The position numbers and the translations under genes were made by a program. The notes beneath the pieces are model-generated. The model did no database searches. It saw nothing but the letters and a program-made list of their open reading frames with translations, and was not told the DNA's origin. A stretch of DNA of 64,000 nt. Source: Mobula hypostoma. Lineage: Eukaryota. Shown here in pieces: positions 24,956 to 37,513 of the stretch. Each line of letters starts with the position of its first letter. Within the stretch, counting starts at the first letter, position 1. The stretch is taken from the NCBI RefSeq assembly GCF_963921235.1, contig NC_086097.1, forward strand, positions 1,178,001-1,242,000. The letters are read 5' to 3'.

Positions 24956-26013
24956 AAGATTCTTTTTACATTCTTTATATTCCTCGAGCACCTCATTTAC
25001 TCCATGCTGCTTATATTTATTGTAGATATCTCTCTTTTCCGAACCAAGTTTCCAGTATCTCTTGAAAACCATGGCTCTCTCAAACTTTTAACCTTTCCTT
25101 TCAACCTAACAGGAACATAAAGATTCTGTACCCTCAAAATTTTACCTTTAAATGACCTCCATTTCTCTATTACATTCTTTCCATAAAACAAATTGTCCCA
25201 ATCCACTCCTTCTAAATCCCTTCGCATCTCCTCAAAGTTATCCTTTCTCCAATCAAAAAATCTCAACCCTGGGTCCAGACCTATCTTTCTCCATAATTAT
25301 ATTGAAACTAATAGCATTGTGATCACTGGACCCGAAGTGCTCCCCAACACAAACCTCCGTCACCCAACCTATCTCATTCCCTAACAGGAGATCCAACACT
25401 GTCCCTTCTCTAGTTTGTACATCTATGTATTGCTGCAAAAAACTATCCTGCACACATTTTACAAACTCCAAACCATCTAGCCCTTTTACAGTATGGGCTT
25501 CCCAGTCTATGTGTAGAAAATTAAAATCTCCCACAATCACAACCTTGTGCTTACTACAAATATCTGCTATCTCCTTACAAATTTGCTCCTCCAATTCTTG
25601 TTCCCCATTTGGTGGTCTATAATACACCCCCATAAGTGTTACTACACCTTTCCCATGCCTCAATTCCACCCAAATAGCCTCCCTAGACGAGCCCTCTAAT
25701 CTATCTTGCCAGAGCACCGCTGTAATATTTTCTCTGACAAGCAATGCAACACCTCCCCCTCTTGTTCCTCCGATTCTATCACACCTGAAGCAATGAAATC
25801 CAGGAATATTTAGTTGCCAATCACACCCCTCCTGTAACCATGTTTCACTAATAGCTACCACATCATTCCTAGCATTAAAATAAATGCATTTAAGAAATTT
25901 TCCACTTCTTATTCTCTGTTTATCACTAACGGTGCAAACAACTTTGCTATTTTCTTTTTCTTCCTTCTCCCCTACATCTGTTCCTACACTCTAGTTCCCC
26001 TCCCCTCTTGTAT

Positions 26014-26949
26014 CTAGTTTAAATCCACCAGAGCCCCTCTAGCAAACCTACCTGCAAGAATATTTGTCCCCCTCCAGTTCAAATGTAAACCGTCCCACTG
26101 GAACAGGTCCCACCTTCCCTGGAAAACTGCCCAATTATCTATAAATCTGAAGCCCTCCCTCCTGCACCATGTCTTCAGCCACGTGTTGATCTGCGCTGTC
26201 TTACTATTTCTAAACCCACCTGTACGTGGCACTGGTAGCAATCCTGAGATTGCTATCCTGGAGGTTTTGTCCTTTAACTTGGCGCCCAACTCCCTAAACT
26301 CACTTTTCAGGACCTCCTTACTCTTCCTACCCATGTCATTGGTCCCTACATGGACCACGACATCCGGCTGCCAACTCTCCCTGCTGAGAATACCGAGAAC
26401 TCGATCTGAGATATCGCGGACCTTGGTACCAGGGAGGCAACAGACCATCCGGGATTCTCGATCTCTTCCACAGAACCTCTTATCTGTCCCCCTAACTATC
26501 GAATCCCCTATCACTACTGCTCTCCTCTTTTCCCTCCTTCCCTTCTGAGTTGAGGGTCCCATCTCGGTGCCAGAGACGCAACCACTGCAACTTATCCCTG
26601 GTAGGTCGTCCCCATCAACAGTATCCAAAACGATGTACTTATTATTGGTGGGAATGGCCACAGGGGTGCTCTGCTCATTCTGTCTATTCCCCTTCCCTCT
26701 CCTGACAGTCACCCAACTACCAGTCTCCTGACTTTTAGGAGTGACTATCTCACTGTTACTCCTGTCTATTTCTGTCTCTGCCTCCCAAATGATCTGAAGT
26801 TCATCCAGCTCCAGTTCTCTAACTCAGTTTGTCAGGAGCTGCAGCTGGATGCACCTTTTGCAGGTGTAGTCATCAGGGACGATTGTGCTCGCCCTGACTT
26901 CCCACATCCTGCAAACATAGCACTCGACTGCCCTAACTGCTGCCTCCAT
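26014..26949 (-). pseudogene. CR1 ORF1: Zn-finger, coiled coil and SGNH/GDSL esterase
   Basis: MEAAVRAVECYVCRMW..TCKRC, VIGDSIVRG, VHVGTND, DGLHLN. One in-frame TGA near 26824. Confidence 0.9.
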
Positions 26950-27174
26950 TACCTACTCTTAAGGTAATTAGATTTATTAAAGGAATTTACCCAGCTGTAC
27001 CTCACTTGGAGTGAAGCTCTTCCTCAGCCTCAGGAGCCAAAGCCTTCCTACTCTGTCTCCCTCTACTCCGTCGCCCGCTATAATGTCGCCCACTCCGTTA
27101 ATCTGCTCTCTTTTAAATACTCCCGCTGCCTCACGGTCCGACTTACACACGCTTGCACAGTCGTGCCCTGTTCA

Positions 27175-28141
27175 ACTGCTGAAGAAAAGACAGGGAGGTA
27201 AAAGTGGGATAGTTACACTACTAATCAGGATCAATATCACAGTTGCACTCAGAGGGAACATAATGGAGGGCTCGTCCTCTGAGTTTATATGGGTAGAACT
27301 CAAAAATAAGAAGGGTGCAAATACTCCGATGGGATTGTATTACAGACCCTCCAGTAGCTACCAGGACATTGAGGAACAGATATGCATTCAGATTAAGGAA
27401 ACGTATGAAACCAATAGGGCTGTTGACATGGTGGACCTCAACTTCCCTAATATAAATATGGTGGTCCTAATATAAACTGGGACCACTATAGTGCAAGTGG
27501 TTTAGATGGGGCAAAATTTGTTAGGCGCATCCAGAAGGGTTTCAATATGTTGTTGTACAACAAGTGGTGGGCTGTATTGTATCTGGTATTGGGTAATGAG
27601 CCTGGCCAGGTGACTGACTTTCAGTGGGTGAGCAGTTAAGGAGTTGTGGTCATTGTAACCTAAGTTTTAAGAATGCTATGGAATAAGGATAATCGCCTTC
27701 TGGTGGAGTATTGAACGACAGCAGGGCAGATTACAAGAGCATTAGGCATGAGCTAGGGGGAGATAATTCGGAACAGCTGTTTTAGGGCAAGTTCACATTC
27801 GACATGTTGAGCGTGTTTCAAGAGCAACTGCACAGAGTACAAGACAAGTACATTTATGTGCCAGTCAGAAAGATGGACAAAGATGGCAAGGATGTCGACA
27901 GAGCTGTCAATTTAGTCAAGAAGGAAAAGGATGTAAAGTTTATGAAGCTAGAATAACAGTGCCCTTGAGGACTATAAAAAAGCCAGAGAAGAACTTGAGA
28001 AGGGAATTAGGAAAGCCAGGAGGAGCCATGACAAATAGGATGAAAGAGAATCTTAATGTATTCTATACATACATCAAAAGCAGGAGGATAAGTAGAGAGA
28101 AGGCATGACCACTCAAAGATATATGGGGGGGGGAGCGGGGG
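27175..28141 (+). mobile_element. Old CR1 ORF2 endonuclease region (host)
   Basis: IWVELKNKKG..GLYYRP..DLNFP, heavily decayed. Confidence 0.8.
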
Positions 28142-30937
28142 ATGTTGATGTCGGTGGATGAATTAAAAGTGCAGATTGTTATTAGTGAATATGATATAGT
28201 TGGGATCACAGAGACATGGCTCCAGGGTGACCAAGGATGGGAGCTCAACATTCAGGGATATTCAATATTCAGGAGGGATAGACATGAAAGAAAAGGAGGT
28301 GGGGTGGCGTTGCTGGTTAGAGAGGAGATTAACGCAATAGAAAGGAAGGACATAAGTCGGGAGGATGTGGAATCGATATGGGTAGAGCTGCATAACACTA
28401 AGGGGCAGAAAACGCTGGTGGGATTTGTGTACAGGCCACCTAACAGTAGTAGTGAGTTTGGGGATGGTATTAAACAGGAAATTAGAAATGTGTGCAATAA
28501 AGGAACAGCAGTTATAATGGGTGACTTCAATCTACATGTAGATTGGGTGAACCAAATTGGTAAGGGTGCTGAGGAAGCGGATTTCTTGGAATGTATGCGG
28601 GATGGTTTTTTGAACCAACATGTCGAGCAACCAACTAGAGAGCAGGCTATTCTAGACTGGGTATTGAGCAATGAGGAAGGGTTAATTAGCAATCTTGTCA
28701 TGAGAGGCCCCTTGGGTAAGAGTGACCATAATATGGTGGAATTCTTCATTAAGATGGGGAGTGATATAGTTAATTCAGAAACAAAGGTTCTGAACTTAAA
28801 GAAGGGTAATTTTGAAGGTATGAGACGTGAATTAGCTAAGATAGACTGGCAAATGACACTTAAAGGGTTGACGGTGGATATGCAATGGCAAGCATTTAAA
28901 GATCACATGGATGAACTACAACAATTGTTCATCCCAGTTTGGCAAAAGAATAAATCAAGGAAGGTAGTTCACCCGTGGCTGACAAGGGAAATTAGGGATA
29001 GTGTCAATTCCAAAGAAGAAGCATACAAATTAGCCAGAAAAAGTGGCTCACCTGAGGACTGGGAGAAATTCAGAGTTCAGCAGAGGAGGACAAAGGGCTT
29101 AATTAGAAAGGGGAAAAAAGATTATGAGAGAAAACTGGCAGGGAACGTAAAAACTGACTGTAAAAGCCTTTATAGATATGTGAAAAGAAAAAGATTGGTT
29201 AAGACAAATGTAGGTCCCCTACAGACAGAAACAGGTGAATTGATTATGGGGAACAAGGACATGGCAGACCAATTGAATAATTACTTTGGTTCTGTCTTCA
29301 CTAAGGAGGACATAAATAATCTTCTGGAAATAGTAGGGGACAGAGGGTCCAGTGAGATGGAGGAACTGAGGGAAATACATGTTAGTAGGAAAATGGTGTT
29401 AGGTAAATTGAAGGGATTAAAGGCAGATAAATCCCCAGGGCCAGATGGTCTGCATCCCAGAGTGCTTAAGGAAGTAGCCCAAGAAATAATGGATGCATTA
29501 GTGGTAATTTTTCAAAACTCTTCAGATTCTGGACTAGTTCCTGAGGATTGGAGGGTGGCTAATGTAACCCCACTTTTTATAAAAGGAGGGAGAGAGAAAC
29601 CGGGGAATTATAGACCGGTTAGCCTAACATCGGTGGTGGGGAAACTGCTAGAGTCAGTTATCAAAGATGTGATAACAGCACATTTGGAAAGCAGTGAAAT
29701 CATCGGACAAAGTCAGCATGGATTTGTGAAAGGAAAATCATGTCTGACGAATCTCATGGAATTTTTTGAGGATGTAACTAGTAGAGTGGATAGGGGAGAA
29801 CCAGTGGATAGGGGAGAACCAGTGGATGTGGTATATTTGGATTTTCAAAAGGCTTTTGACAGGGTCCCACACAGGAGATTAGTGTGCAAACTTAAAGCAC
29901 ACGGTATTGGGGGTAAGGTATTGATGTGGATAGAGAATTGGTTGGCAGACGGGAAGCAAAGAGTGGGAATAAACGGGACCTTTTCAGAATGGCAGGCAGT
30001 GACTAGTGGGGTACCGCAAGGCTCAGTGCTGGGACCCCAGTTGTTTACAATATATAGTAATGACTTGGATGAGGGAATTAAATGCAGCATCTCCAAGTTT
30101 GCGGATGACATGAAGCTGGGTGGCAGTGTTAGCTGTGAGGAGGATGATAAGAGGATGCAGGGTGACTTGGATAGGTTAGATGAGTGGGCAAATTCATGGC
30201 AGATGCAATTTAATGTGGATAAATGTGAAGTTATGCACTTTGGTGGCAAAAATAGGAAAACAGATTATTATCTGAATGGTGGCCGATTAGGAAAAGGGGA
30301 GGTGCAACGAGACCTGGGTGTTATTATACACCAGTCATTGAAAGTGGGCATGCAGGTACAGCAGGCAGTGAAAAAGGCGAATGGTATGCTGGCATTTATA
30401 GCAAGAGGATTCGAGTACAAGAGCAGGGAGGTACTACTGCAGTTGTACAAGGCCTTGGTGAGACCACACCTGGAGTATTGTGTGCAGTTTTGGTCCCCTA
30501 ATCTGAGGAAGGACATCCTTGCCATAGAGGGAGTACAAAGAAGGTTCACCAGATTGATTCTTGGGAAGGCAGGACTTTCATATGATGAAAGACTGGATGA
30601 ACTAGGCTTATACTCGTTGGAATTTAGAAGATTGAAGGGGGATCTGATTGAAACGTATAAAATCCTAAAGGGATTGGACAGGCTAGATGCAGGAAGATCG
30701 TTCCCGATGTTGGGGAAGTCCAGAACGAGGGGTCACAGTTTGAGGATAAAGGGGAAGCCTTTTAGGACCGAGATTAGGAAAAACTTCTTCACACAGAGAG
30801 TGGCGAATCTGTGGAATTCTCTGCCACAGGAAACAGTTGAGGCCAGTTCATTGGCTATATTTAAGAGGGAGTTAGATATGGCCCTTGTGGCTAAAGGGAT
30901 CAGGGGGTATGGAGGGAAGGCTGGTACAGGGTTCTGA
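28142..30937 (+). CDS. CR1 ORF2 (APE endonuclease + reverse transcriptase), uninterrupted but 5'-truncated
   Basis: 931 codons with no stop: [32 protein letters not shown]. Lacks the N-terminal xNARS motif and ORF1. Confidence 0.93.
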   Translation: MLMSVDELKVQIVISEYDIVGITETWLQGDQGWELNIQGYSIFRRDRHERKGGGVALLVREEINAIERKDISREDVESIWVELHNTKGQKTLVGFVYRPPNSSSEFGDGIKQEIRNVCNKGTAVIMGDFNLHVDWVNQIGKGAEEADFLECMRDGFLNQHVEQPTREQAILDWVLSNEEGLISNLVMRGPLGKSDHNMVEFFIKMGSDIVNSETKVLNLKKGNFEGMRRELAKIDWQMTLKGLTVDMQWQAFKDHMDELQQLFIPVWQKNKSRKVVHPWLTREIRDSVNSKEEAYKLARKSGSPEDWEKFRVQQRRTKGLIRKGKKDYERKLAGNVKTDCKSLYRYVKRKRLVKTNVGPLQTETGELIMGNKDMADQLNNYFGSVFTKEDINNLLEIVGDRGSSEMEELREIHVSRKMVLGKLKGLKADKSPGPDGLHPRVLKEVAQEIMDALVVIFQNSSDSGLVPEDWRVANVTPLFIKGGREKPGNYRPVSLTSVVGKLLESVIKDVITAHLESSEIIGQSQHGFVKGKSCLTNLMEFFEDVTSRVDRGEPVDRGEPVDVVYLDFQKAFDRVPHRRLVCKLKAHGIGGKVLMWIENWLADGKQRVGINGTFSEWQAVTSGVPQGSVLGPQLFTIYSNDLDEGIKCSISKFADDMKLGGSVSCEEDDKRMQGDLDRLDEWANSWQMQFNVDKCEVMHFGGKNRKTDYYLNGGRLGKGEVQRDLGVIIHQSLKVGMQVQQAVKKANGMLAFIARGFEYKSREVLLQLYKALVRPHLEYCVQFWSPNLRKDILAIEGVQRRFTRLILGKAGLSYDERLDELGLYSLEFRRLKGDLIETYKILKGLDRLDAGRSFPMLGKSRTRGHSLRIKGKPFRTEIRKNFFTQRVANLWNSLPQETVEASSLAIFKRELDMALVAKGIRGYGGKAGTGF

Positions 30938-31025
30938 GTTGGATGATCAGCCATGATCATACTGAATGGCGGTGCAGGCTGGAAGGGCCGAATGGCCTAC
31001 TCCTGCACCTATTTTCTATGTTTCT
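28147..31025 (+). mobile_element. Young 5'-truncated CR1 insertion
   Basis: (tttctatg)2 tail and candidate TSD atgtt (28142-28146, 31026-31030). Confidence 0.92.
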
Positions 31026-31030
31026 ATGTT

Positions 31031-33210
31031 AGAAACATTTGCTTGGATGCAGAGGATCCTTACATCAGTATTTACCAAGGAGAAGGACATGGAGGATAAG
31101 ATCAGTGCCGAGTGTATTAATACACTAGGGCATTTTGAAATTAGGGAGGAAATTGTGTTGTGTCGGTCTGTTAAAGAGCATTAAGGTGGATAAGTCAGCA
31201 GGGTTGTTTGGGGATGTACTCCAGGTTTTTGTGAAAGGCAAGTGAAGAGATTGGTGGGGCCTTGAGCAATATCTTTGTGCTCTCTCTAATCTTCAAGGTG
31301 GATACCAAGGATAATCTCAGAAACTATAGATAGGTGAGTCTCATGTTAGTGGTAGGGAAATTACTGGAGAGAATCCTTTGGGATAGCATTTGGAAAACGA
31401 TGGCCTAACTAGGGAGAGCCAGCATGGTTTTGTGCAGAGAAGTCGTGTCTTATTAACGATTGAGTTTTTTTGATGAGGTAATGAACGTGATTGATGAAGG
31501 TAGAGCTGTGGATGTTGTCTACATGGATTTTAGTGAGGCATTTGACAAAGTCCTTCGGAGGCTCATCCAGAATATTAAGATGAATGGGATCAATAGTGAA
31601 TTGGCTGTTTGGATTTAGAACTGGCTTGCCATAGAGGGCAGGGGTGGTGGTTGAAAAGACTTATTCTAGCTGGAGATCTGTCATTAGTGGTGTTCTGAAG
31701 CGATGTGGACTGGGACTGCTGCTGTTTGTGATGTATATAAATGACCTGGATGCAAATATAAATGGGTGGGTCAGTAAGTTTGTAGATGATAAGAAGATTG
31801 GTGGTGTTTTGTATAATGTAGATGACTGGCAAAGAATACTGTAAGACCATAAGATATAGGAGCAGGGGTAGGCCATTTGGCCCATCGAGTCTGCTCGGCC
31901 ATTCCAGTCATCCCCACTCCCCTGCCTTCTCTCCATACCCTTTGATGCCCTGGCTAATCAAGAACCTGTCTATCTCTGCCTTAAATGCACCCAATGACTT
32001 GGCCTCCACAGCCGCTCGTGGCAACAAATTCCACAGATTTACCACACTCTGACTAAAGTAATCTCTCCACATCTCTGTTCTAAATGGATGTCCTTCAATA
32101 CAGTGAAATATTGGGTCAGTTGCAGATATGGGTAGAGAAATAGCAGATGGAATTTAACATGGCCAAATATGAAGTGTTACATCTTGGTGTAAAGCGACAG
32201 TACACTGTTAAGGACAAGACCCTTGAGTGTTGATGAACAGAGGGATCTTGAGGTCCAAGTTCATAGCTCCATGAAAGTGATGACATAGGTAGATAAGATG
32301 ACATGCCATCTACCATAAACGCTGCCTGGACAGGGTGAAAAGCATTATCAGGGATGCATCTCACCCTAACCATGGACTTTTTACTGTCCTCCCATCCGGT
32401 AGGTGCTACAGGAGCCTCCGCTCCCGCACCAGCAGGCACAGGAAGATTTTCTTCCCTGAGGCTGTGACACTGCTGAACCTCACATCACAGCGCTAAGCAG
32501 TATTGCACCCATATTGTACTGTCTCAGTACTTTTATATTTGTGTGCTGTAGCACTTCTTTTATTCACAGTTATTTTGTAAATAACACTATTCTTTGCATT
32601 TCTGGTCAGATGCTAAATGCATTTCATTGGCTTTGTATCTGTACTTGGCACAATGACAATAAAGTTGAATCTAATCTACTAATAATCTAAGGAGGTTGAG
32701 AAGACATATGGCATGCTCACCTTTATTAGTCAAGGCACTGAGTTCAAAAGTCAGGAAGATAAATTGCAGCTTTATGAAACTCCAGTTAGGTCCAACCTGG
32801 AGTATTACATACAGTTCTGGTCACCCCATAATGGGAAAGTTTTTGAGGCTTTGGAGAGGGTGCTAAAGAGGTTCACTAGGATACTTCTGGATTAGAGCGT
32901 ATGTGTTATATTGAGAGTTTGGACAAACTTGGGATGTTTTCTCTGGAGCGGCAGAGACTGAAGGGAGATCTGATCAAAGTTTATAAAATTATGAAGGGCA
33001 TAGAGTAGACAGTATATTTTTTCCAAGGTTGAAATATCCAATATTAGAGGGCATGCATTTAAGGTGAGAAAGGGTTATTTCAGAGTGGTGTGTGCTTGGA
33101 ATGCACTGCCTGGGATGGTGATAGAGGCAGATATAATAAGAGATTTTTACGAGACTTTCAGTGTTGTGAGGAAATGGAAGATTGTTGACATTGTGTAGGC
33201 AATAGGGATT
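31031..33210 (+). mobile_element. Old CR1 RT/3' region with two nested inserts
   Basis: Decayed RT motifs. A minus CR1 tip at ~31840-32096 (aatac repeat) and a plus Rex 3' end at ~32299-32687 (taag repeat, aatct tail). Confidence 0.82.
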
Positions 33211-33212
33211 AG

Positions 33213-35960
33213 AAACAGAAAACCTATAGCACAATACAGGCCCTTCAGCCCACAAAGCTGTGCTGAACAAGTCCCTACCTTAGAACTACCAAAGCTTTAC
33301 CTATAACTCTCTATTTTTCTAAGCTCCATGTAGCCATCCAGGAGTCTCTTAAAAGATCCCATCATTTCTGCCGCCACCACCGCAGCCGGCAGCCCATTCC
33401 ACGCACTCACCACTCTCTGTGTAAAAAAACTTACCCCTGACATCTCCTCTGTACCTACTTCCAAGCACCTCAAAACTATGTCCTCTCGTGCCAGCCATTT
33501 CAGCCCTCTGACTATCCACACGATCAATTCCTCTCATCATCTTATACACCTCTACTAGTTCACCTCTCATCCTCCGTTGCTCCAAGGAGAAAAGGCCAAG
33601 TTAACTCAACCTGTTCTCATAAGGCATGCTCCCCAATCCAGGCAACATCCTTGTAAATCTCCTCTGCACCCTTTCTATGGTTTCCACGTCCTTCCTATAG
33701 TGAGGCAACCAGAACTGAGCACAGAGCTCCAAGTGGGGTCTGACTAGGGTCCTATATAGCTGCAACATTACCTTTCGGCTCTTAAATTCAATCCCACGAT
33801 TGATGAAGGCCAATGTACTGTATGCCTTGTTAACCACAGAGTCAATCTGCGTAGCAGCTTTGAGTGTCCTATGAACTCGGACCCCAAGATCCCCTTGATC
33901 CTCCACACTGCCAAGAGTCTTACCATTAATGCTATATCCTGCCATCATATTTGACCCACCAAAATGAACCCCTCACACTTATCTGGGTTGAACTCCAGTG
34001 GCCACTTCTCAGCCCAGTTTTGCATCCTATCAATGTCCAGCAGTAACCTCTGACAGCCCTTCACACTATCCACAACACCCCCAACCTTTGTGTCATCAGC
34101 AAATTTACTAACCCATCCTTCCACTTCCTCATCCAGGTCATTTATAAAAATCATGAAAGTAGGAGTCCCAGAACAGATCCCTGAGGCACACCACTGGTCA
34201 CTGGCCTCCATGCAGAATATGACCCGCCTACAACCACTCTTTGCCTTCTGTGGGCAAGCCAGTTCTGGATCCTCAAAGCAATTTCCCCTTAGATCCCATG
34301 CCTCCTTACTTTCTCAATAAGCCTTGCATGGGGTACCTTATTAAATGCCTTGCTAAAATACATATACACTACATCTACGGCTCTACTTTCAGCAATGTGT
34401 TTAGTCACATCCTCAAAAAATTCAATCAGGCTTGTAAGGCACGACCTGCCCTTGACAAAGCCATGATGATTATTCCTAATCATATTAGGCTTCTCCAAAT
34501 GTTCATAAATCCTGCCTCTCAGGATCCTCTCCATCAACCTACCAACCACTGAAGTAAGACTCACTGGCCTATAATTTCCTGGGCTATCTCTACTCCCTTT
34601 CTTGAATAAGGGAAAAACATCCGCAACCCTCCAATCCTCTGTAATCTCTCCTGTCTTCATTAATGATGCAAAGATCATCACCAGAGGCTCAGCAATCTCC
34701 TCCCTCGCCTCCCACAGTAGACTGGGGTACATCCCATCCCGTCCCGGTGACTTACCCAACTTGATGCTTTCCAAAAGCTCCAGCACATCCTCTTCCTTAA
34801 TGTCTACATGCTCAAGCTTTTCAGTCCGCTGTAAGTCACCCTTACAATTGCCAAGATCCTTTTCCATAGTGAATACTGAAGCAAAGTATTCATTAAGTAC
34901 CTTTGCTATTTCCTCCAATTCCATACATATTTTTCCACTGTCACATTTGTTGGTCCTATTCTCTCACATCTTATATTCTTGCTCTTCACATACTCGTAGA
35001 ATGCCTTGGGGTTTTCCTTAATCCTGTCCACCAAGGCCTTCTCATGGCCCCTTCTGGCTCTCCTAATTTCATTTTTAAGCTCCTTCCTGCTAGCCTTATA
35101 ATCTTCTAGATTCCTATCATTACCTAGTTTTTTTTTGAACCTTTCATAAGCTCTTCTTTTCTTCTTGACTAGATTTACAACAGCCTTTGTACACCACGGT
35201 TCCTGTACCCTACCATCCTTTCCCCGTCTCATTGGAACATACCTACTCAGAACCCCACGCAAATATTCCCTGAACATTTGCCACATTTCTTTCGTACGTT
35301 TCCCTGAGAACATCTGTTTCCAATTTATGCTTCCAAGTTCCTGCTTGATAGCCTCATGTATCCCCTTATTCCAATTAAACGTTTCCCTAACTTGTCTGTT
35401 CCTATCCATTTCCAATGTTATGGTAAAGGAGATAGAATTGTTATCACTATCTCCAAAATGTTCTCCCCCTGAGAGACCTGACACCTGACCAAGTTCATTT
35501 CCCAATACCAGATCAAGTACAGCCTCTCCTCTTGTAGACTTATCTACATATTGTGTCAAGAAACCTTCTTGAACACACCTAACAAACTCCACCCCATCTA
35601 AACCCCTCACTCTAGGGAGATGCCAATCAATATTTGGGAAATTAAAACCTCCTACAACAGTCCTGTTATTAATACTCCTTTCCAGAATCTTGTCTCCTTA
35701 TCTGCTCCTCTGTCCCTGTTACTATTGGGTGGTCTATAAAAAAAACACCCAGTTGAGTTATTGACCCCTTCCTGTTCCTAATTTCCACCCACAGAGACTG
35801 TGTAGACAGTCCCTCCATGACTTCCTCCTTTTCTGTAGCCATGACACTATCTCTGATTAGCAGTGCCACGCCCCCACCTCTTTCGCCTCCCTCCCTGTCC
35901 TTTCTGAAACATCTAAAGCCTGGCACTTGAAGCAGCCATTCCTGCCCCTGCACCATCCAT
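33213..35960 (-). mobile_element. CR1 subfamily B, most of ORF2 and 3' UTR
   Basis: Successive minus-strand ORFs run from EN (GGGVALLIRD) through RT (FADD) to the tail. Confidence 0.94.
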
Positions 35961-36299
35961 TTGAATACTAATTTAATGGTTTTGGGGTGGAAGGACCTGC
36001 TTCTGTGTTGTACTGTTCCATGCTCTGTATGTAAGTAACAATAAACCTGATTCTGATTTTGGCCCTTCTCCAATTCAAGAGTTTAACTTGTCAACCTGTT
36101 CTATCTTTTCTTCCATAACGATTTTAAAATAGAGTTGTGATCCAACTACCACTTCAGTTTAGGGAAGTTAAACTCTCATTTGATAAGCACCAGAAACGTG
36201 AATCGCCAAGACAGTTTAGACTGTCGGCCAAGTCCTGGTAAATGGTATCCACATAGAGTGATGCTGGAAGCCTGCACAGACATCTGCAGGTTGATCAAA

Positions 36300-36400
36300 G
36301 CGTCTTGATGAAGGATCTCAGCCCAAAACGTTGACTCTTTATTCTTACTGTAGATGCTGCCTGACCTTAGTACCCCCAGCATTTTGTGTGTATTGCTTCA
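36300..36400 (+). repeat. Degenerate Penelope terminus with a decayed hammerhead motif
   Basis: gtc TTGATGA aggatctcagccc AAAACGTT gac followed by agatgctgcctg..cagcattttgtgtg. Confidence 0.65.
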
Positions 36401-37419
36401 GGTAGATTTACCCAGTTGTAGTTGTCACTGTGTGCTAAGTTGTTGACAGACATTGTGTTGGACTTGTGTGCTGGTGTGCCTTCATACGCCAGAGTAATCA
36501 CTGGACCAAAGCCATAAGGTTTTAGCAGTTAATGTGATTTTATTCATAATTATTAACCCCGTTCGATTCTTTCAATTTGAAAAGCTATCATCTGATCTGC
36601 AATTCATGCTGCTATTTTCCAAATGTGGTTGAATAAAGACTCTCCTGGTGTTGCTGGGAATCAGAGAATAGCTCAGTCCACTTGGCAGAGCTCACCCGAT
36701 CATCTGCTGGGCAGCTAAAGAGCAGTTGGCCCTTATGTTCAGATTAGTCCATTCATAATGCACAGGGAATCATTCTCTCCTCGCAGCCTCAACTAGCAGC
36801 TGTTGAACACTCACCCACGTGCACCACGGGGTGTTGGAACGCACCAAGGTGCAAGACGGCAGTCACTCAGGGCCCTTGCTGTCCTTTCCCCCTGCTCTGG
36901 TTTGGGCTAAATACTCTCTTCCTCTCCTTATTTTCTGCCTGCTTTTGGCTGGGAAGGCTTTATAGGTTTGTAAAGTGCATTAATGAGATTGCTCTAAATC
37001 ACTGGAATTGCTCCAAAATGGAACAAAAATGGCTTACAGATCTGTTCCTCTGCTGTACACCAAGTCTCGGCCATAAGCAGCCTTGTACCGGTTTATCATT
37101 GCTGTGCAACTCAGTACCAAAACATCAGCAGAACACTGGATTCTCTCCAGGTGCTTCCTGATCAGCTGCTGTATCCACCATCAAATTCCAAAGCACCCCG
37201 CTGCCGGTCCCTCAAAAGACGAGAGATTTTATTCACTTCCAGATTGAGGAAAAGAGCAGCCCATGCAGATCTATTATATTGGGTTTACCCTTGAGGGGGT
37301 GGGTAAAATTAATAGAAGTTGATTATGAGGAGGAGCAACACAGTTAGAAAATGCATCAACATTTCCCGTAAGAGAAGTGATCAAGGTACTTATTGAAAAC
37401 ATTAACTTTGTCAAATCAG

Positions 37420-37513
37420 TCCCGTAGTTATCGAGCAGTCCCTGCTGCCCCGGCTGGCAGGTCTCTCGGTGCTGGATGACCAGAATGGCTCCAACCGCAC
37501 ACTCATCTGCTTG
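37420..37513 (+). CDS. Candidate host-gene exon (unidentified)
   Basis: Lies in a non-repetitive island: attaactttgtcaaatcAG | 94 nt open frame PVVIEQSLLPRLAGLSVLDDQNGSNRTLICL | GTagga. Codons often end in C/G against an AT-richer flank. Confidence 0.35.

Larger units (their letters stand above)
22871..27172 (-). mobile_element. Essentially full-length CR1 LINE
   Basis: 5' UTR, ORF1 26949-26014 (CxxC..CxxC, GDS esterase, one internal stop), ORF2 to 22950 with few stops, and a (gttatatg)n tail. Confidence 0.96.
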
